Source: Eledone cirrhosa (lineage: Eukaryota). Taken from it: a stretch of DNA of 64,000 nucleotides. The DNA lies in NCBI GenBank assembly GCA_964016885.1, contig OZ024750.1:28520001-28584000 (forward strand). Direction: 5' to 3'. A model generated the notes under the pieces. That model had not been told where the DNA came from and did no database searches. It saw only the letters and a program-made list of their open reading frames with translations. Shown here piece by piece: positions 57,649-64,000 of the stretch; position 1 is the stretch's first letter, and each line of letters opens with the position of its first letter. The translations under genes and the position numbers were made by a program.

Positions 57649-58087
57649 CTAAGGCGGGTAAAATTCCCGAGATCCATGGACGAGTTGTCTCCAGCGGTCT
57701 CTGTCCCTCATTATCGCTGCCATGTCCTGCATCTCCAACACCAGGACTCTGGCTTTACTGTAGCACCGGCTCAGAGCAGGAGAGTTAGGGCGAAAAAAGT
57801 ATCGGATGCTGAATTTGCCGACGACATAGTTTTGGTGACAAATACAGTGAAGGGGGCAGAGGATTTGATGCGGGAGGTTGAGACTGTGTCGATGAGTGTG
57901 GGCTGAGAATGAATGAGACTAAAACAAAATATCTGGTAGAGAATGTTGAGAAGCCAGAGGGGATCACTAATGTAGGCGGGAAGCCGCTAGAATTGGTTGA
58001 GGGCTTCCTGTATTTGGGAGCAAAGATTGGGAATACGGAAGATGATGTGGTTGAGAGGAAAAGCAAGGCCTGGGTGGCGTGCCACAG

Positions 58088-58088
<1 letters not shown>
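57649..58088. mobile_element. Rearranged RTE LINE: 3' ORF end (-, 57649-57740) joined to an RT-domain fragment (+, 57741-58088)
   Basis: The minus part is near-identical to 40484-40575. The plus part encodes DAEFADDIVL (RT motif C, 57814-57825), then after a frameshift MNETKTKYL...FLYLGAKI...RKSKAW. TA-rich DNA on both sides. Confidence 0.85.
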
Positions 58089-58167
<79 letters not shown>

Positions 58168-58272
58168 TCGTTGACAAGTGTATTAATGTGCACAGACACA
58201 CAGATATATTGCCCTTGGTATGACAGTGTGGTTTTAGCTCAATGTAGGATAGCTAGTATGCTGCAGAGCCGT

Positions 58273-58582
58273 TATACGTTTAGGAATAAACAAAGAGTGC
58301 TTAGAAATACATTGTTTTATTTGCTAACAGTGTTTCATCCATACCCTAGGACAGGAATCATCAGAGCTTATAAACAAAAAGATATTAACGGTTGCAGGCT
58401 CCATCGAGCTCTGTCTCCATAACAAGCTTTATCCTTGTTCTGGAGACAGAGCTCGATGGAGCCTGCAACCTTTGATATATTTTTGTTTATAAGCTTCGAT
58501 GATTCCTGCCTTAGGGTATGGATGAAACACTGTTAGCAAATAAAACAATGTATTTCTAAGCACTCTTTGGTTATTCCTAAAC

Positions 58583-58587
<5 letters not shown>
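58273..58587. mobile_element. ~155-bp-arm palindrome of an HHR-bearing element
   Basis: Centre aacaag-ctttatc-cttgtt (~58430). The arms differ at several positions. Confidence 0.85.
58323..58367 (-). ncRNA. Minimal type I hammerhead ribozyme
   Basis: Minus strand: gct-CTGATGA-ttcc tgtcctagggtat ggat-GAAA-cactg-TT-agc. The mirror copy on the right arm has a mutated core (TCGATGA). Confidence 0.65.
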
Positions 58588-58624
<37 letters not shown>

Positions 58625-58872
58625 GTAAAACACTGGTGGGTTATATCCGGATTAGTAGAGCACTCAGTACATGGGACGAGAGTTTGGTAGAAGTAGTACC
58701 ACAACAGTAAGTTCAACATAGCGAGAACAATATATTATATATATATTAATTTATTAAAATAACAGATTAAAGTTTAAGCAAAGAATCGCTGCTTTCACCC
58801 TTAACGGGATCTTATATATATATTATCCTTATTGAGCCCTCTTCGGATTTTAGCCTTCCCATTTATTATTAT

Positions 58873-58952
<80 letters not shown>

Positions 58953-59094
58953 AGGTATGTATGTATATAACATTAAGTTACTATTGGTTCACCAGTTTGA
59001 GCACTCACTGTTAATATGGGTCTGGTTATCGATATGGTATTCTACGTTTGGTATTTCACCATAGTCAGTATCTTTAAGGAGCAGAGTGTTAGTA

Positions 59095-59252
59095 ATAATT
59101 GTTTCTAATTTTGACACAAGGCCAGAAATTACCTCAGTGCATTACTGGTACTTTATTTTATCGACCCCGTAAGGATGGAAAGCAAAGCTAACCTCAGCAT
59201 GATTTGAAATCAGATCGTATGTTGTCCGACGCTCTACCGATTCTGCCAGTCC
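59095..59252 (-). mobile_element. SINE copy, internally deleted
   Basis: SINE motifs. Confidence 0.8.
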
Positions 59253-59328
59253 ACAAGGAGTAGGGTGTTAATAATACTATTAATAAGCAACAGGAAAGAA
59301 GAATCACTGTAACATCATTTATTTATTC

Positions 59329-59418
59329 ACAGGTGACGCGCGTTTCACGATCGATCAGCTCAAGGTACGATTGGTAATGATCATGCCCACGCTAGAATCG
59401 GTTGCTCATCAGACTTGT
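59329..59418 (-). ncRNA. Type I hammerhead ribozyme with long stem II
   Basis: Minus strand: acaagt-CTGATGA-gcaaccgat...atcgatcgt-GAAA-cgcgcg-TC-acctgt. Palindromic stem III, GUC triplet. Confidence 0.7.
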
Positions 59419-59573
59419 AGATTCTCGAATATATATAAACGGGTAAAGTTCCATAAAATGGAAGATAAGTAAAAAATAAATAAGTGGAAATACACGAAAG
59501 TGTATTTAAAGAAACTCTTTTTCTTTAATCTAGCAGTGAAAGAGTGAGTGAGTGTGTAAGTGTGTAAGTGTGT

Positions 59574-59633
<60 letters not shown>

Positions 59634-59979
59634 GTGTGTGTGTGTTTGTGTGTGTGGTTTAACATTATCTTTATCTGGCATCACTGCTAAAGACTATATT
59701 TCGCTGAGGAGATCCATTACTGAAAAATATCCGGTGTTGGTAACGTACACGATAGCAGCAGTTACTTAAACTTCATGGAAAACCCTTTCTTTTTTCTATT
59801 CTTCGCTATATTTTATGTTATCCACTAACTGACCCCTTGGAAATTACACGACTTAATTGGAAAACAAAAACACCAAGTATTAAAGATCAGCAGGATAAAA
59901 TACCTCTATAGACAGAAGAAAAAAAATTGCCATCAGTCGTTACGAGTAATCGAACCTCATATCAGTTGTCCGATATAAG

Positions 59980-60120
59980 AAATAATTGTTTCTACTTTTG
60001 GCACAAGGCCAGCAATTACCCAGTACATTACGGGATTTGAACTCAGAATGGCAAGGGTCGTAACTCTATGCGTCAAAGCATGGTGTCCAACCCTCTACCG
60101 ATACTGGCAATGCCAATCCA
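59980..60120 (-). mobile_element. SINE copy lacking its central domain
   Basis: Tail joined directly to cgggatttgaactcag. Confidence 0.8.
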
Positions 60121-60321
60121 GTAGAAATAATATTCGCTCAGATACTTTTACCATCCCCTTTCCATAAAGACTTGTTCAACGTGACAACCAACACCACCAC
60201 TAGCTCTCTCTCTCTCTCTCTCTCGCTCTACTCACACACACACTTTTACCACCCCCTTTCCATAAAGACTTGTTTCAGCGTGGTATTAAATACGACCACT
60301 ATTACCCCCCCCTACACACAC

Positions 60322-60392
<71 letters not shown>

Positions 60393-60737
60393 CACCATTC
60401 CCTTTCCAACGTAACAGACAATTTACACGACACATCAGTTTTAATATAATAGATTCTTGTTTTACTTTCATGATCAGCAAAACTTTACACTAAATGACAC
60501 AAAATAAGCTGTTCCAGTAAGATAACATATGCAAGATAGTAACCTCAATTCCAGAAGCTGGCACCGAGCCTAAAGCAACTCAAGGGGATTGCGTAATGCC
60601 TGCAATAGTAGAACAACTGTTTACTTTAATGCCTGCTATCTGATATATTTGGTCACTGTACATCTCAAACGGTATCTAGCAAAATATTAACGCAGGTTAT
60701 GCAGTTTCCCAGGAATGAATATATATATATATATATA

Positions 60738-60963
60738 TAGGAGAGGGGACTGAGGTGGTATGGACATGTGATGCGCATGGAGGATGACCGATGGGTGAAG
60801 AAGTGCCAGGAAATGCCAGTTGAAGGAAGACGTGGTAGAGGTAGACTACGAAAAACATGGGCGGAGGTGGTGAGAACAGACCTCAGATCATTGAAGCTCA
60901 CGGTGGAGGGCCATAATTCTATGCGTCAAAGCATGGCGTGCGACCCTCTACCGATACTGCCAA
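60738..60963 (+). mobile_element. RTE-type LINE C-terminal fragment followed by a SINE head fragment (-)
   Basis: LRWYGHVMRMEDDRWVKKC...GRRGRGRLRKTWAEVVRTDL. Confidence 0.8.
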
Positions 60964-61150
60964 ATGATCAGAGAACTTCCATTTTATTAAACATATATGT
61001 GTCATATTGTCGATAGATGATACATATGTGTAAAATTCTTTCATGGATGTTAGTTCTTTAGTGAGGAGAAAACATTTTTAGGGGTGTTATAAAAAATATT
61101 TTAACCAAATATTATTTATGTTTTATTATTAATAAAACATAAAAATTGCA

Positions 61151-61340
61151 AATAATTGTTTCTACTTTAGACACAAGGCCAGCAATTACCCAGTGCATTA
61201 CTGGTACTTTATTTTATCGACCCCGTAAGGATGAAAGGCAAAGTCAACCTCGGCGGGATTTTAACTCAGATCGTAAAGGGACAGAACTATGCTGGAAAGC
61301 ATGGCGTCCGACCCTCCACCGATACTGCCAATCCACCGCC
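61151..61340 (-). mobile_element. Full-length SINE with TSD
   Basis: taaaaattgcaaataat on both sides. Confidence 0.92.
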
Positions 61341-61429
61341 TAAAAATTGCAAATAATGTCCAAATTTTTCTGCGGACCACCAACATTTTCTCTCAGACCA
61401 CAGGTTGGCGTCCATTGAGCTAAAGGAAT

Positions 61430-61670
61430 TCTGACAACTAATCCCGTCTAAATTAGAAACTCTATAAACAGCTTTCTAAAAACAAAAACCGCTATATTGT
61501 ACCAATCAAATATATAAGGGCCCTCAAGGGTTCAACTGCTAACCCCAAAGAAATCAGAAATATAAAACTGATCTCTATTGAAACATCCGAAAAGGCATTG
61601 GATGAACTCCTAACCAGGATACCGGACCAACCAACTAGTCAAGGATACAGTCAAGGAAGATCAGCCGCTT
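61430..61670 (+). mobile_element. Degenerate 3' end of a CR1/L2-group LINE
   Basis: KGPQGFNC(fs)PKEIRNI...KALDELLTRIPDQPTSQGY resembles the GPxLFNxLPxxIRN...LDxxLxxIPDQP C-terminus of this group. Confidence 0.6.
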
Positions 61671-61682
61671 ACTTGAACAACA

Positions 61683-62032
61683 TGGTTTGTGGCATTGAGT
61701 TACGGCCCTTTACGTTCTGAGTTCAAATCCCGCCGAGGTTAGTTTCGCCTTTCATCCTTAGTACCAGTAATGCACTGGGGTCGATTTAATCGACTTTCCC
61801 CTTCCATCAAAATTGCTGGCCTCGTGTTTAAATCAGAAACCAGCGGTGGATTGGCAGTATCGGTAGAGGGTCGGGCGCCATGCTTTGACGCATAGAGTTA
61901 CGGCCCTTGCCATTCTGAGTTCAAATCCCGCCGAGGTTAACTTTGCCTTTCATCCTTACGGGGTCGATAAAATAAAGTACCAGTAATACACTGGGTAATT
62001 GCTGGCCTTGTGCCAAAAGTAGAAACAATTAT
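61683..62032 (+). mobile_element. Two tandem SINE copies
   Basis: SINE motifs on the plus strand. Confidence 0.9.
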
Positions 62033-62544
62033 TTACAAACTTCCAGACTTAAAACTACAACGAAATTGAAAGGAAATAAATCAAGGCCATGCTCCAGCAT
62101 GGCCGCAATCCAACGTGTGAAAACCAGTAAAAATATAGAATGTGTGTGTGTGTGTAGATTTATGCATGAGTGAGTGTGAGTGAGTGTGAGTGTGTGTGAG
62201 TGTGTGTAGGTGTGGATGTGTGTGGATATGTGAGTGTGTGTTTGTGTGAGCGTGAGGGTTTAACGGTGTATAGTTACATCGTCGAACGGATTGTTTACTT
62301 TTACACACACACACGGAAACACACAAACAAACATAGATACACAGATACACACAAACATATAGATAAATACACACATACACATTTCAGCAATATTTAGTTT
62401 AACATATGTTGAGTTGTGTTTATACCATATATATACAGTATATATATATATATATATATATTTATACGGGGTAACAAATAATTGTTATATGCAGTCCACT
62501 TAGGTGTATATATATATATGTATATATAGTAATAATAATAAATA

Positions 62545-62745
62545 TGAAGACTAAAATCCAAAGAGGGCTCGATAAGGATAAATATATATCAAATATATAA
62601 GAACCGTAGAGCAAATATTTATTAAAATAACAGATTAAAGTTTTTAAGCAAAGAATCGCTGCTTTCACCCTTTGAGAAGATCCCGTTGAGGGTGAAAGCA
62701 GCGATTCTTTGCTTAAACTTTAATCTGTTATTTTAATAAATATAT
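62545..62745. mobile_element. Family D (TA)n-associated element with fold-back palindrome (62613-62743); relatives at 48310-48345, 48575-48635 and 58750-58860
   Basis: Shared ttaagcaaagaatcgctgctttcaccctt and gaagactaaaatcc(g/a)aagagggctc(a/g)ataag segments. Confidence 0.7.
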
Positions 62746-62780
62746 ATATATGTACTGTATATTTATTTATATATATACAC

Positions 62781-62828
<48 letters not shown>

Positions 62829-63174
62829 TATATTTATTTATATATATACACATATATACATATATATAGCTATATAAATACATATAACAAATATATATAT
62901 ATATTGTTTCCTCCCGTTGCATTGTATTTTCTACGCCATCTTTATTTAATCTGTTTATATATTTATTTATTTGTTTATTTTTTTTGTCTTCTTTGCGCAT
63001 GCGTTTGCGTGTGTGTATAGTGTTTTGTTCGATGTGTGTCGTGATTGGGTGACTGTGTATTGGTTAATGTATTCTATCTTTACTAGTGTGTGTTTATATG
63101 TATTTGTTGTTATTGTGCTTGTGTATGTATTTATTTATTTATTTATTTATCTATTTATTTATTTATTTATTTAT

Positions 63175-64000
63175 TTATACTTCTCTTAGGTCAGTGATGT
63201 TTGTTTGGGTGGTGTTGTTATTCCATTCATTTTTTCTGTTTAGCTTTGGCCTTCTAAATTCTATTTCACTGGTCTCTCTGATTTGCCTATCTGCTGGGTC
63301 ATTTCTATGTTTAGATATTATTCTAATTTCTATGTTGTCTATGTTACTGTTGTGTTGTTGTCTGGCATGTTCGTATAGTACTGAACTGTTTTTTCGCCCT
63401 TTTAGCCCCCCCCCCCCCCGTGTTGGTCTATCCTTTCACCTATGCTACGAGCTGTCTCGCCTATGTATGTTGTTGTCATGTTTCTGCAAGTACCCTCTGT
63501 ACATCTTATGCTATAGACTACGTTTCTAGTTTTACAGTTTATCCGGGGGTTTACCTTGCATATGATACATTTCCTATTAGTACAGTGGGTTTTCTTAAAA
63601 GGGTAGGTTTTGCTGATCAGGGATTTTATGGTGGTTCCTGGCTTTTCTACCACCTTAATCTTTAAATGGGTCTTTCTCAGGGCCTTTCTACACTGGTTAG
63701 CTAATTTCCCTCCAGGGGTAGCGTCCACAAACATGACACTCTGGTATCTCTGGTTGTCGTACCATGAGGTGGCTTTCCCTATCTTATATCTAGCCCTATC
63801 TAAGCTATTCCATGATTTGCTCCAGTATAATGGGCAAATTCCTTTCATGTCCAGTTCTATGAGGGTCTTATACTTCTCCGTGGCTCCTTCGTATACTCTG
63901 ATTCTGTCTCTTTGGTTGTAGCCAGAGAACTGCATGCGGTTGAGGAAGTGTTGGATGTGTCTTTCCATTTCTGTTGGGTCGCACATGCGGGACACGTTCT
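63175..64000 (-). mobile_element. Penelope-like retroelement ORF, C-terminal part (RT thumb/linker, Cys motif, GIY-YIG endonuclease); runs off the window end
   Basis: SGY...FVDATPGGKL...KVVEKPG...CTNRKCIIC...CKTRNVVYSIRC...YIGETARSIGERIDQH. After a G14 run (63406-63419) it continues in another frame as SVLYEHARQQH...DRQIRE...LNRKNEW...* (stop 63175-63177). Confidence 0.88.

Noticed and set aside
63086-63921. Plus-strand ORFs
   Set aside because: Antisense shadows of the PLE ORF.

Overview
Non-genic, AT-rich eukaryotic (animal) genomic DNA. It is most likely a coleoid cephalopod (octopus), inferred from the dominant tRNA-derived SINE and the RTE-type tails; this was not checked by search. Nearly all ORFs in the supplied track are artefacts of microsatellites and minisatellites. 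Real coding remnants are all retrotransposon-derived: an L1/Tx1-like ORF1 with a CCHC knuckle (1-1100, -), several RTE and CR1-like LINE fragments, and the C-terminal half of a Penelope-like element (PLE) with a GIY-YIG endonuclease (63175-64000, -), broken only by a G14 homopolymer frameshift. The main discovery is roughly 12-15 minimal type I hammerhead ribozyme (HHR) motifs. They sit in at least seven short non-coding element families inserted in (TA)n tracts, often as fold-back palindromes. One is a 310-bp partial tandem with two intact HHRs (43449-43990), a retrozyme-like circRNA unit abutting an ~820-bp inverted duplication of its own target flank. Other contents: about 30 SINE copies and fragments, hAT and piggyBac-type MITEs, a 73+17n-bp minisatellite bracketed by 190-bp inverted repeats, and a ~7.8-kb 32-bp satellite with internal block duplications. 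All calls were made by eye.
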